The position numbers and the translations under genes are program-made. The notes under the pieces were generated by a model. That model had not been told where the DNA came from. It ran no database searches and saw nothing but the letters and a program-made list of their open reading frames with translations. From NCBI GenBank assembly GCA_964634465.1, contig CAZWLY010000009.1:80397-144396 (forward strand): a DNA stretch of 64,000 nt, given 5' to 3'. Below, one piece after another: positions 1 through 9,180 of the stretch (positions within the stretch are counted from its first letter, which is position 1; every line of letters starts with the position of its first letter). The stretch is from an uncultured Thermodesulfobacteriota bacterium. Lineage in GTDB: Bacteria; Desulfobacterota; Desulfarculia; G963662305.

Positions 1-843
1 CCGGACGACGCCTGGGACGAGGCCGTCTACTACGTCGGGCGGAACAAGGTGGTCGGCGACGGCGATCCGCCGGGCGGCATACTCCTGGAGAGCGACTTCA
101 CCATCGGTTACTGGGACAGCTCGATCAACGACTTCGATCCCGATCGCATCGGCCCCAGCTCCAACCCCGACGACCTGACCGCGGCCCGGGTGACGGTCCG
201 GCGCGACACCGTGGCCAACTCGCCGGTGCCGACCTTCTTCTCCCGCATCTTCGGCATCGATCAGGTCAGCCTGTCGGCCACCTCGACTGCCCTGCTGGGA
301 TACGCCGGCGGGACCGAACCGGGCGGCGTCACCCTGCCCATCACGGTCAAGGCCAGCGCCGTCGCCGACGCCGACGGGCCTATCTGCGGCACCTCGCTGA
401 CCTTTCACAGCGAGCCCGACGAGAACGCCGAATGGACCTCGTTTTTCAGTTGGCCGCCCAGCAATCCCAAGATCAAGAAGTACGTCAACGGCACCTACGA
501 GTCGCCCGAGTTGAACGTCGGCGACATCGTCTACACCACCAACGGCACCCTCAGCAACAACGTTTTCAACGACCTCTACACCCGCTTTCAGGCCGAAGGG
601 ACGGACACCGACTCCGACGGCTACGCCGACTATTGGGAGGTCTTGCTGCCCGTGGTCGAGCCGACCTACTGCCCTCGAAGCAAAGAGGTGGTCGGATTCA
701 TGACCATGGTCATCACCGACGTCAGGCCCGCCCCTCACAAGGACATCGTCGGCTACCTCAAGTGCGACAAGGTCCTGGTCGGCAGCGTTTCGGGCGGCGA
801 AAACTTCGGCACTCGGGCGACGCGGCCGACGGTGGTCCAATAG
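1..843 (+). CDS. Tad/Flp pilus-associated TadG-like protein, C-terminal part (5' truncated by the window edge)
   Basis: The reading frame is open from nt 1. It contains the TadE/TadG-type motif 'PTFFSRIFGI...SATSTA'. It sits directly upstream of cpaE-cpaF-tadB-tadC-tadD. Confidence 0.45.
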   Translation, partial: PDDAWDEAVYYVGRNKVVGDGDPPGGILLESDFTIGYWDSSINDFDPDRIGPSSNPDDLTAARVTVRRDTVANSPVPTFFSRIFGIDQVSLSATSTALLGYAGGTEPGGVTLPITVKASAVADADGPICGTSLTFHSEPDENAEWTSFFSWPPSNPKIKKYVNGTYESPELNVGDIVYTTNGTLSNNVFNDLYTRFQAEGTDTDSDGYADYWEVLLPVVEPTYCPRSKEVVGFMTMVITDVRPAPHKDIVGYLKCDKVLVGSVSGGENFGTRATRPTVVQ

Positions 844-853
844 GGGGGAGAAG

Positions 854-2065
854 ATGAGCCATTCCGAATCCCAGGTTTTGGGCTTTCACCTGAGCCGAGT
901 CGGGGCGGAGCGCATCCGGGAGATGGTCAGCCTGTCTCCGGTCACCCGCCTGATCGGACTCGAATCCGTTCTCGAAGAGTTCGAGCGCAAGGCCATCCAA
1001 CTCCAACCCGAGATACTCCTGGTCGAGTACGCCGCCGATCACGCCCGGCTGGTCGAAGTCCTGGGACGGCTCAAGGTGACCGCGCCCAAGTCGGCGGTGG
1101 TGGCCATGGCCGAGTCTTCCGATCCCAAGGACATTCTGGCCGCCATGCGTCTCGGGGTCAGGGAGTATCTGACCGTGGCCGAGGGCGGGCCGGATCGCCT
1201 GACCGCCGAGTTCAACGAGGCTGCGCTCAGGGTGCGTAAAGAGGCCCAGACCAGCGGTCATGTCCAGGGCGAGATGTGGACCGTGGTCGGGGCCAAGGGC
1301 GGCGTCGGCGCCAGCCACCTGGCCCTCAACCTCGGTTGGGCCCTCAGCCAGAATGTCGGCCGGCGGGTGGCCCTGGCCGATCTGGACCTGGCCGGAGGCG
1401 ACGCGGCCTTTCTGTTGGACCTGGAGCCCAAGACCACCGTCCTCGACGCCGTTCGCAACTTCGACCGGTTGGACCCGATCCTCATGGACGCGCTGCTGAT
1501 CGACATCGCGCCCGGCCTGCGCCTCCTGGCCGCGCCGTCCGATCCGGTGGCGGCCGAGGAGGTCGGCGAGGAACACGTGGAGCGGATGCTGGATCGGCTT
1601 CTGGCCGGATACGAGTTCCTGGTGGCCGACGTGCCCAGCCGGCTGGACGCCGCTTCGGTGGTCGCGCTGGAGAGGGCGGATCGGATAATCGTCGTCCTGG
1701 AGGCCTCTTTGCCCTGTCTCAAGGCCGCCCGTCGGTTGCTGTCCCTGTGTGATCGGTTGGGCCGTGACGACGGCCGGGTCCAGGTGGTGGTCAACCGGTT
1801 CGATTCGAGGGGCGCCCTGGCCAAACGCGAGGTGGAGAGGGTCCTGGCGCGAAGCGTCCTGGCCTGGCTGCCCAACGATTACAAGGCGATCGTCAACGCC
1901 GGCAACGCCGGCCGGCCGGTGCTCAAGGACAAACCCCGATCGGCCTGGTCCAAGGCGGTGGCCAAGCTGGTCAAGCGCCTCGTCGAAGCCCGCAAGGAAG
2001 AGGTCGAGATCGACGGCGCGGGACCGGTGTTCGGTTTCGGCCGGGCCGTCGGCCAGACGGCCTAG
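854..2065 (+). CDS. cpaE: Flp pilus assembly protein CpaE/TadZ (receiver-like N-domain plus ParA/MinD-type ATPase)
   Basis: The deviant Walker A '[18 protein letters not shown]' is present. The N-terminal region is receiver-like. The gene lies immediately upstream of the CpaF ATPase. Confidence 0.8.
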   Translation: MSHSESQVLGFHLSRVGAERIREMVSLSPVTRLIGLESVLEEFERKAIQLQPEILLVEYAADHARLVEVLGRLKVTAPKSAVVAMAESSDPKDILAAMRLGVREYLTVAEGGPDRLTAEFNEAALRVRKEAQTSGHVQGEMWTVVGAKGGVGASHLALNLGWALSQNVGRRVALADLDLAGGDAAFLLDLEPKTTVLDAVRNFDRLDPILMDALLIDIAPGLRLLAAPSDPVAAEEVGEEHVERMLDRLLAGYEFLVADVPSRLDAASVVALERADRIIVVLEASLPCLKAARRLLSLCDRLGRDDGRVQVVVNRFDSRGALAKREVERVLARSVLAWLPNDYKAIVNAGNAGRPVLKDKPRSAWSKAVAKLVKRLVEARKEEVEIDGAGPVFGFGRAVGQTA

Positions 2066-2129
2066 CTTCAGATCCGGCCGGACGCGGCGCGGGGCCCGGA
2101 GGCCGGCCGGAGACCTTGGGAGGGAATCA

Positions 2130-3572
2130 ATGGGCTTGCGAGAACGATTCGGAGCGGTGGACGGCTCGTCCCGGTTGGGGCGAAGCGGCCCGCTGAGTCC
2201 GGGCCAGCCGAAAAAAAAGGCCAAGGCCGACGCCGAGGAGAACGCTCGGGAGCGGGCTTTCCAGGACCTCAAGGGCCGGGTTCACTACAAGGTCATCGAC
2301 CAGATGGACCTCTCGCTGTTGTCCCAGACCGACGAGGAGGTGGCCGAGCAGGAGCTGGAGGCGGCCATTCGCCTGGTCCTGGGCAACGAGCCCGATCACT
2401 TGACCGTGGCCGAGAAGGACCAGTTGGTCCGCGAGATCAAAAACGAGGTCCTGGGGCTGGGCCCGCTGGAGCCGTTGCTGGCCGATCCCACGGTCAGCGA
2501 CATCCTGGTCAACGGCTACAAGGACGTCTACGTCGAGCGCAAGGGGCGGCTGGAAAAGGTTCCGGTCCGCTTTCGCGACGACGCCCATCTGCTCAAGATA
2601 ATCGACAAGATCGCCACCGCCGTCGGCCGGCGCATCGACGAGTCCTCGCCCATGGTCGACGCCCGCCTGGCCGACGGCAGCCGGGTCAACGCCATCATCC
2701 CGCCCCTGGCCATCGACGGCCCGTCGCTGTCGATCCGCAAGTTCTCCGTCGATCCGCTCACCGTCGAGGACCTGATCCGTTTCGGGACGATCACTCCCCA
2801 GGCGGCACAGGTGATGGAGGCGGTGGTCAGGGCCAGGCTGAACGTGTTGATCTCCGGCGGCACCGGCACCGGCAAGACGACGATGCTCAACGTCATGTCG
2901 TCGTTCATCCCGGAACACGAGCGCATCGTGACCATCGAGGACTCGGCCGAGCTGCAGCTCCAGCAGGAGCACGTCGTCAGGCTGGAGACCAGGCCGGCCA
3001 ACATGGAGGGGCACGGCGAGGTCACCCTGCGCGATCTGGTCAAGAACAGCCTCCGGATGAGACCCGATCGGATCGTGGTCGGCGAGGTTCGCGGCGGCGA
3101 GGCCTTGGACATGATGCAGGCCATGAACACCGGCCACGACGGCTCGTTGACCACCATCCACGCCAACACGCCCCGGGACGCCCTGTCCCGGCTGGAGACG
3201 ATGATGAGCATGGCCGGGCTGGAGATTCCGGACAAGGCCATCCGGCGGCAGGTGGCCAGCGGCATCCATGTCATTATCCAACTCGCCCGCCTCTCCGACG
3301 GCTCCCGGCGGCTGGTCAGCTTCCAGGAGGTGACCGGGATGGAGGGTGAGGTGGTGACCATGCAGGAGATATTCCGCTTCACCCAGACCGGCGTCGATGA
3401 GTGGGGCCGGGCCCAGGGCTACTTCGGGCCGACCGGCATCCGCCCGGCCTTCAGCGACAAGCTTCTGGCTCAGGGTCTGGAACTGAGCGACGACATCTTC
3501 CAGGTCAAGGATGGTCCCGGCGGCCAGTCGTCGATCAACCGGATCCGGCGCAGGGCGATGGAGGCGGCGTGA
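2130..3572 (+). CDS. cpaF: Tad pilus secretion ATPase CpaF/TadA (type II/IV secretion ATPase family)
   Basis: Walker A '[15 protein letters not shown]' and a VirB11/GspE-like core are present. I moved the start to the ATG at 2130, which is preceded by the GGGAGGG RBS, rather than the ORF-track start at 1749. Confidence 0.85.
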   Translation: MGLRERFGAVDGSSRLGRSGPLSPGQPKKKAKADAEENARERAFQDLKGRVHYKVIDQMDLSLLSQTDEEVAEQELEAAIRLVLGNEPDHLTVAEKDQLVREIKNEVLGLGPLEPLLADPTVSDILVNGYKDVYVERKGRLEKVPVRFRDDAHLLKIIDKIATAVGRRIDESSPMVDARLADGSRVNAIIPPLAIDGPSLSIRKFSVDPLTVEDLIRFGTITPQAAQVMEAVVRARLNVLISGGTGTGKTTMLNVMSSFIPEHERIVTIEDSAELQLQQEHVVRLETRPANMEGHGEVTLRDLVKNSLRMRPDRIVVGEVRGGEALDMMQAMNTGHDGSLTTIHANTPRDALSRLETMMSMAGLEIPDKAIRRQVASGIHVIIQLARLSDGSRRLVSFQEVTGMEGEVVTMQEIFRFTQTGVDEWGRAQGYFGPTGIRPAFSDKLLAQGLELSDDIFQVKDGPGGQSSINRIRRRAMEAA

Positions 3573-4537
3573 TGGGCTGGACGGTGCCGATCCTGGTGTT
3601 CGCCAGCCTGACCCTCTTCGGCCTGGCCGTCAGGGGCTGGGTTTTCGCCGAGGCCGATCGCCGCCGGGCCGCCGTGAAGAGGCGGCTCAAGGACGTCGGC
3701 CTCGATCTGGCCGCCGCCGAGCCGCGCCTGAGCTTGTTGAAGGATCAATCGCTGTCCTCCATTCCGACCCTGGACCGGCTGCTCAGGAACCTGCCCCGGC
3801 TGTCCGATCTCAAACGCTTGATCGCCCAGTCGGCCGCGCCGCTCAACGTCGGCGCGGTGATCATGATCATGGGCTTGTTGGGGCTGGCGGCGATTTCGCT
3901 GGGCCTGTTTCACGATCGCTTTGTGCTGGGCCTGGTCTTGGCCCCGGCGGCGGCGATGCTGCCGGTGATCTGGCTCAAGCAACGGCGCAAGAGGCGGCTG
4001 GCCGCCTTTGAGCAACAATTTCCCGAGGCGGTGGGCATGATGGCCCGGGCGATCAGGGCCGGTCACTCCATGGCCTCGGCCATGGGCATGGTCGGCGAGG
4101 AGATGGACGACCCGGTGGCCGGCGAGTTCGCCAAGGTGGTCGAGGACTATTCCTTTGGCAAGTCGATGGACGACGCCCTGGCCGATCTGGTGGAGCGGGT
4201 CGGTTTGCAGGACGTCAAGTTCTTCGTCACCGCGGTCATGCTCCAGCGGGAGACCGGCGGTAACCTGGCCGAGATCCTGGACAACATGGGCCGGATCATA
4301 AGGGAGCGTTTCAAGTTGATTCGCCAGGTCAGGACGCTCTCGGCCGAGGGGCGGCTGTCCGGGGTGATCCTGTCGCTGATGACGCCGGGGTTGATGGCGC
4401 TGATGTGGTTCTTGTCGCCGGATTACATCGACACTCTCATCTCCACCCCGGCCGGCCGGGTGCTCTTGGCCGCCGGGGCCGGCTGCCAGTTGCTGGGCAT
4501 GATCACCATCAAGAAGCTGGTCACGCTCAAGGTCTAG
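3572..4537 (+). CDS. tadB: Flp pilus assembly protein TadB (T2SS-F domain membrane protein)
   Basis: A polytopic membrane protein follows cpaF with an ATGA stop/start overlap. It has the GspF-like domain pattern. Confidence 0.75.
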   Translation: MGWTVPILVFASLTLFGLAVRGWVFAEADRRRAAVKRRLKDVGLDLAAAEPRLSLLKDQSLSSIPTLDRLLRNLPRLSDLKRLIAQSAAPLNVGAVIMIMGLLGLAAISLGLFHDRFVLGLVLAPAAAMLPVIWLKQRRKRRLAAFEQQFPEAVGMMARAIRAGHSMASAMGMVGEEMDDPVAGEFAKVVEDYSFGKSMDDALADLVERVGLQDVKFFVTAVMLQRETGGNLAEILDNMGRIIRERFKLIRQVRTLSAEGRLSGVILSLMTPGLMALMWFLSPDYIDTLISTPAGRVLLAAGAGCQLLGMITIKKLVTLKV

Positions 4538-4552
4538 GCCGAGGGGGAAACG

Positions 4553-5491
4553 ATGACGATGAGCCCGCAGACGATCCAGATCATCTTGAGTGTCTCCCTG
4601 GGCCTGTCGGTGCTGCTTCTGGGCCTGGCCGGGGCGGGGCTCATCCGCCAGCGCGATCCGGCCCGCCGGCGCCTGGAAAGTCTGGTCGGCGGCGCTCGGC
4701 CCGGCGCCGGCGCCGAGCGCTCGGTCGGTCTGGGCCACCTGTTGGGGAGCATGTTCGCCCGGCTGGCCAAACTGGCCCGATCGTCCGAGGATCGACAGGA
4801 GACCAAGCTCCGGAAAGTGCTCGTCGCGGCCGGTTTCCGCTCGCCTCAGGCGGTCAACGTCTTCTTGGGCCTCAAAGTCGCCTGCGCCGGGGCGGGGCCG
4901 CTGGTGCTGTCGCTGACCCCGCTGGCCGATCGCTTCGAGGGGCCGATGTGGCTGGGCATGCTGCTGGGTGCGGCCGGGATCGGGTTGATCCTGCCCAGCC
5001 GGATCCTGGACGAGATCGGCCGGAGGCGGCGGGAGAGGATCGCCAAGGAGCTGCCCGACGTTCTCGACCTGCTGGTCATCTCGGTCGAGGCCGGTCTGGG
5101 CCTGGACGCGGCCGTCCAGCGGGTGGCCAAGGAGCTTCACTACTCCAGCCCCATTCTGGCCGAGGAGTTGACCCTGATGGGCCTGGAGCTTCGGGCCGGC
5201 ATCCCCAGGGAGAAGGCCCTCAGGAATCTGGCCGAGCGGTGCGACGTCGAGGAGGTCAGCGGACTGGTGAGCATGCTCAACCAGGCCGACCGGTTCGGGG
5301 TGAGCATCGGCCGGTCGATCAGAATCCAATCGGATACGGTCAGGACCACGCGCCGGCAGAAGCTGGAGGAGAAGGCGGCCAAGATTCCGCTCAAGTTGCT
5401 CTTCCCGGTGCTGTTCATGATTTTTCCGGCGATCATCATCGTCATCTCCGGCCCGGCTCTGTTGCGGGTCATGGAGAGCATCATGGAGTAG
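4553..5491 (+). CDS. tadC: Flp pilus assembly protein TadC (T2SS-F domain membrane protein)
   Basis: This is a second GspF-like membrane protein, a paralogue of TadB, in the canonical position. Confidence 0.75.
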   Translation: MTMSPQTIQIILSVSLGLSVLLLGLAGAGLIRQRDPARRRLESLVGGARPGAGAERSVGLGHLLGSMFARLAKLARSSEDRQETKLRKVLVAAGFRSPQAVNVFLGLKVACAGAGPLVLSLTPLADRFEGPMWLGMLLGAAGIGLILPSRILDEIGRRRRERIAKELPDVLDLLVISVEAGLGLDAAVQRVAKELHYSSPILAEELTLMGLELRAGIPREKALRNLAERCDVEEVSGLVSMLNQADRFGVSIGRSIRIQSDTVRTTRRQKLEEKAAKIPLKLLFPVLFMIFPAIIIVISGPALLRVMESIME

Positions 5492-5501
5492 GGGGCGGGT
5501 T

Positions 5502-6434
5502 ATGAAAAGGACGGGCAAATTTGCGGCGCTTGCGGCGCTGGTCGCGGTCTTCGCCCTGAGCGGCTGCACCGCCAAGACGGCCAAGGTTCGCGGACTCAAC
5601 CAGCACGAGGCCGATAGGATTCTGGCTCTCCAGGCGGCCAAACGCGGTCGCCCGGACCAGACGGCCAAGCCGGCCGACCCGGTCGAACTGGAGGCCCAAG
5701 GCGATCAACTGGCTCTCCAGGGCGAGTGGCTGGCGGCCGCCTTCCAGTACAACCGGGCCCTGGTTCTGGCCGCCGACGACAGCCGACTGCGCCTCAAGGG
5801 CAAGATGGCGGTGCTGTATTTGAAGTTGCGGCAGTGGCCCCAGGCCGAGAACCTGTTCGGCCAGGTGGTCAAGACCGACGGCCAGAACGCCGAGGCCTGG
5901 CAGGGCCTGGGGCTGTCTTTGCTGGCTCAGGGCAAGCTGGAACGGGCCCGGGAAGCTTTGGCCAAGGCGGTGGAGCTGGACCCGAAACGGTGGAAGGCGC
6001 TAAACGGGCTGGGCATGATCTACAACTACCGCCGCCTGCCGGAAAAAGCCGTGGTGGCCTTTGAAAAGGCGGTCGAAATCGAGCCCCGGCTGGCTGCGCT
6101 GCACAACAACCTCGGTCTGGCCCTGATGCTGGCCGGCCGGCTCGACGAGGCCGAGCGGGCCTATCGCCGGGCCCTGGAACTGGAGCCGGAAAACCGGCTG
6201 GCGGCCAACAACTTGGGATTGCTCCTGGCCCGTCAGGCCAGGGAGAAAGAGGCACTGATGGCCTTCGAACGCGGCGTCGGCCGCGCCCAGGCCTACAACA
6301 ACCTGGGCGTGTTGATGGCCTGGGAGGGCCGAACCGAGGCCGCGGCCAAGCAGTTCCGCCAGGCGGTCAGAGCCATGCCCAGGTATTATCCCCTGGCCCA
6401 GCGCCACCTGGAGGCCGTGGACAAGGGCGACTAG
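5502..6434 (+). CDS. tadD: TPR-repeat lipoprotein, TadD-like
   Basis: A signal peptide with lipobox 'LSGC' is followed by multiple TPR repeats. It is the last gene of the tad operon. Confidence 0.6.
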   Translation: MKRTGKFAALAALVAVFALSGCTAKTAKVRGLNQHEADRILALQAAKRGRPDQTAKPADPVELEAQGDQLALQGEWLAAAFQYNRALVLAADDSRLRLKGKMAVLYLKLRQWPQAENLFGQVVKTDGQNAEAWQGLGLSLLAQGKLERAREALAKAVELDPKRWKALNGLGMIYNYRRLPEKAVVAFEKAVEIEPRLAALHNNLGLALMLAGRLDEAERAYRRALELEPENRLAANNLGLLLARQAREKEALMAFERGVGRAQAYNNLGVLMAWEGRTEAAAKQFRQAVRAMPRYYPLAQRHLEAVDKGD

Positions 6435-6534
6435 CCGGCGTCGCCGCCGATGACGCCCTTCCCGGCCGAATCGTAAAGCCCCCCAAGGGATGCCCGGGAG
6501 CCCCTCAACACCGTCCCGGGCGCGGCCGGGGCCG

Positions 6535-7404
6535 CTAGCGCCCGAAGCGGCCCCGGCCTTCTTTTTGCCTGAAGTTCTCCTTGGACGCCGTGGCCGCGGC
6601 GAAGCGGCGGGCCTCGGGCATGAACGGCAGGGCCAGCAGCCAGGTCAGGCGGTCGAACTTGGATTCCCTGAACCGGCTGAGCCCGATCATCATCCCCTGG
6701 TGGCCGTCCTGGGGCTGGGCCCGGTAACTGCCGAACAGGCGGTCCCACCAGGCCAGGTTGAAGCCGTAGTTGCTCTTGTTCTCCATTATCTGGACCGAGT
6801 GGTGGACGCGGTGCATGTCCGGGGTGACCACAACGAGTCGCAGCCGGCGATCCAGGCCCGGGGGCAGTCTCAGGTTGGCGTGGTTGAACATGGCGGTGGC
6901 GTTCAATATGACCTCGAAGGCGATCACCGCGCCCACGCTGGGTCCGATGAGGATCACCGCGCCCAATTTGATCAGGACCGAGATGACGATCTCCAGCGGG
7001 TGGAAGCGCACCCCGGTGGTCAGATCGACGTCCAGATCGACGTGGTGGGACATGTGGAGTTGCCAGAGGAAGGGGATGACGTGGAAGGCGACGTGCTGCC
7101 AGTAGATGACCAGGTCCAACAGGATCACGGCCAGGACGATCTCGAGCCAGGCCGGCGCTTCGATCAGGTTGAACAGACCGACGCCGTGAGCCTGGGCCCA
7201 GGCGGCCAGGCCGACCGGCAGGACGAAGTTGGCGAACAGGAGGCGGACGATCAGGTTGTTGACGGCGACCACGCCCAGATTGGCCAGCCACCGGTCGGGG
7301 CGGGGTTGGGTCAACTCCCGCCGGGGCCAGAGTCGCTCGGCGACGGCGAAGACGATCAAGACGGCGATGAAGACGCCGATTCGAAGGGCGATCTCTTTCG
7401 ACAT
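6535..7404 (-). CDS. Sterol desaturase / fatty acid hydroxylase superfamily membrane protein
   Basis: Histidine boxes 'HMSHHVD' and 'HHSVQIMENKSNYGFNLAWWDRLFG' are present. The protein is polytopic. Confidence 0.7.
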   Translation of the reverse strand: MSKEIALRIGVFIAVLIVFAVAERLWPRRELTQPRPDRWLANLGVVAVNNLIVRLLFANFVLPVGLAAWAQAHGVGLFNLIEAPAWLEIVLAVILLDLVIYWQHVAFHVIPFLWQLHMSHHVDLDVDLTTGVRFHPLEIVISVLIKLGAVILIGPSVGAVIAFEVILNATAMFNHANLRLPPGLDRRLRLVVVTPDMHRVHHSVQIMENKSNYGFNLAWWDRLFGSYRAQPQDGHQGMMIGLSRFRESKFDRLTWLLALPFMPEARRFAAATASKENFRQKEGRGRFGR

Positions 7405-7758
7405 GGAATCTCCTCGGTCCGGAAACCGCGATCGGCTTTTCGGCTCCGGCCGGGGAACCGACGCCGGGCCCGGCTAGATTTTACACCACCCTCGGGCCGA
7501 ATCCATCCCGGCGCGGGCCGGACGGCGTCTCGAAGACGACCTCGGAGATCGACCGCTCGGACCGGTCTTTCGCCGGAGACGCTATCCCGGTCTGGATCGA
7601 GGTGGGTCCGACCGCCCGGTTTCATGCCGGCCGGAGAACAGACAACCGGCTTGTTTCATGGGGAATTCTCTCTCGTTTGGGCGAGGGCGGCCGGGGCGGA
7701 TCGATTCCCGGCCGGTTCGGCTTGACCTCCACCGATCCAAACGATACAGTGCCCTAAA

Positions 7759-7779
7759 AAGTCGCCCTGACGGCGACTT
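7759..7779. promoter_or_regulatory. Perfect 8-bp inverted repeat (AAGTCGCC-N5-GGCGACTT) in the gdhA upstream region
   Basis: Read directly from the sequence. It lies about 55 nt upstream of the gdhA RBS AAGGAGG. It is a candidate operator or leader hairpin. Confidence 0.3.
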
Positions 7780-7828
7780 AAAAGTGTGGTTAATGGTTCA
7801 AGGGTGTGAAGTTTAAGGAGGCTTTCAA

Positions 7829-9082
7829 ATGTCGACCGAGTTGAATCCGTTCAAGATTGCCCAGGCCCAGTTGGACGATGCCGCCGAGCGGCTGGGCTTG
7901 GACGAGGCCACCCACGAGCTTTTGCGGTGGCCGATGAAAGAGTATCAGTTCACCCTGCCGGTCAGGATGGACGACGGCAGTGCAAAGATTTTCAGGGGCT
8001 TCAGGGTTCAATACAACCGGGCCCTGGGACCGACCAAGGGCGGCCTTAGGTGGCACCCCGACGAGACGATCGACACCGTGCGGGCCTTGGCGGCCTGGAT
8101 GACCTGGAAGTGCTCGGTGGTCAACATCCCTCTCGGCGGCGGCAAGGGCGGCATCGTCTGCAACCCCAAGGAGCTCTCCGAGTCCGAGAAGGAGCGCCTG
8201 GCTCGGGCTTACATCAGGGCGATCTGGCAGAACATCGGCGTCGATCAGGACGTGCCGGCGCCGGACGTCTACACCACGCCCCAGATCATGGCCTGGATGA
8301 TGGACGAGTACGAGTACTTGCGCGGGAGCAGCCACCCCGGCGTTATCACCGGCAAGCCGATCATCATCGGCGGCTCCGAGGGCCGGGGCGACGCCACCGC
8401 CCGGGGCGGCATCTTCGTCACCCGTGAGGCGGCCAAGGCCAAGGGGATCGACCTCAACGGCCAGACGATGGCGATCCAGGGTTTCGGCAACGCCGGCCAG
8501 TACGCGGCGCTGTTGGGTGAAGAGATTCTGGGCCTGAAGCTCGTCGCCGCCTCGGATTCGAGAAGCGGCGTCTACAACGAGAACGGCATCGACGCCAAGG
8601 CGCTGGTCGATTACAAGCTCAACGAGGGCACCCTGGCCGGCTTCCCCGGGGCGGAGTCGATCACCAACGCCGAGCTGTTGGAGCTGCCGGTGACGGTCCT
8701 CTTCCCGGCCGCGCTGGAGAACCAGATCACCGAGGAGAACGCCGATCGGATCAAGGCGACGATGACCTGCGAGCTGGCCAACGGCCCGACCACGCCCGAG
8801 GCGGACGACATCCTGCATCAAAACGGCGTCTTCGTCCTGCCGGACTTCCTGGCCAACGCCGGCGGCGTGACGGTGTCCTACTTCGAGCAGGTCCAAAACA
8901 CCTACAACTTCTACTGGAGCCTCGAAGAGATCCACCGGAGGCTGGACGACAAGATGACCGCCGCCTTCAACGAGGTCTACGAGATGTACAACCAGCAGGG
9001 CGACATCAACATGCGCCAGGCCGCCTACCTGGTCTCGGTCGCCCGCGTCGCCGAGGCCTGCAAACTCAGGGGCTGGGTCTGA
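7829..9082 (+). CDS. gdhA: NAD(P)-specific glutamate dehydrogenase
   Basis: The 'GGGKGG' glutamate-binding motif and the Rossmann 'GFGNAGQ' are present. There is a strong RBS AAGGAGG. Confidence 0.9.
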   Translation: MSTELNPFKIAQAQLDDAAERLGLDEATHELLRWPMKEYQFTLPVRMDDGSAKIFRGFRVQYNRALGPTKGGLRWHPDETIDTVRALAAWMTWKCSVVNIPLGGGKGGIVCNPKELSESEKERLARAYIRAIWQNIGVDQDVPAPDVYTTPQIMAWMMDEYEYLRGSSHPGVITGKPIIIGGSEGRGDATARGGIFVTREAAKAKGIDLNGQTMAIQGFGNAGQYAALLGEEILGLKLVAASDSRSGVYNENGIDAKALVDYKLNEGTLAGFPGAESITNAELLELPVTVLFPAALENQITEENADRIKATMTCELANGPTTPEADDILHQNGVFVLPDFLANAGGVTVSYFEQVQNTYNFYWSLEEIHRRLDDKMTAAFNEVYEMYNQQGDINMRQAAYLVSVARVAEACKLRGWV

Positions 9083-9104
9083 TAATTTAAAGACGCGTTC
9101 GTCC

Positions 9105-9141
9105 TCGGCCGGCCGGAGCTCACCACGGCTCCGGCCGGCCG
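9105..9141 (+). terminator. GC-rich hairpin (about 14-bp stem, 7-nt loop) downstream of gdhA, with no clear U-tract
   Basis: GGCCGGCCGGAGC-tcaccac-GGCTCCGGCCGGCC read from the sequence. Confidence 0.35.
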
Positions 9142-9180
9142 GGCCGCAACCTCGGCCAGCCGCAATTCGGGTCCGACTGA

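Noticed and set aside
1749-2129. Upstream extensions of cpaF, bioA (13147), tsaC (35317), the flavoprotein (60911), the nucleosidase (41489) and the YkoF-like gene (61636) as given by first-ATG ORF calling
   Set aside because: Internal starts have good RBSs and match the normal N-termini and lengths of these families. The extensions are Arg/Pro-rich and overlap upstream genes.
758-2272. Long antisense ORFs opposite real genes throughout the window. They include 758-2272(-), 3470-5668(-), 9025-11385(-), 21538-23706(-), 44313-45950(-), 52319-54151(-), 54814-56490(-), 56620-58071(-) and 48939-51119(+).
   Set aside because: In about 67% GC DNA stop codons are rare in all frames. These ORFs shadow genes with clear conserved motifs on the other strand and have Arg/Pro/Gly-rich, low-complexity translations typical of GC artefacts.
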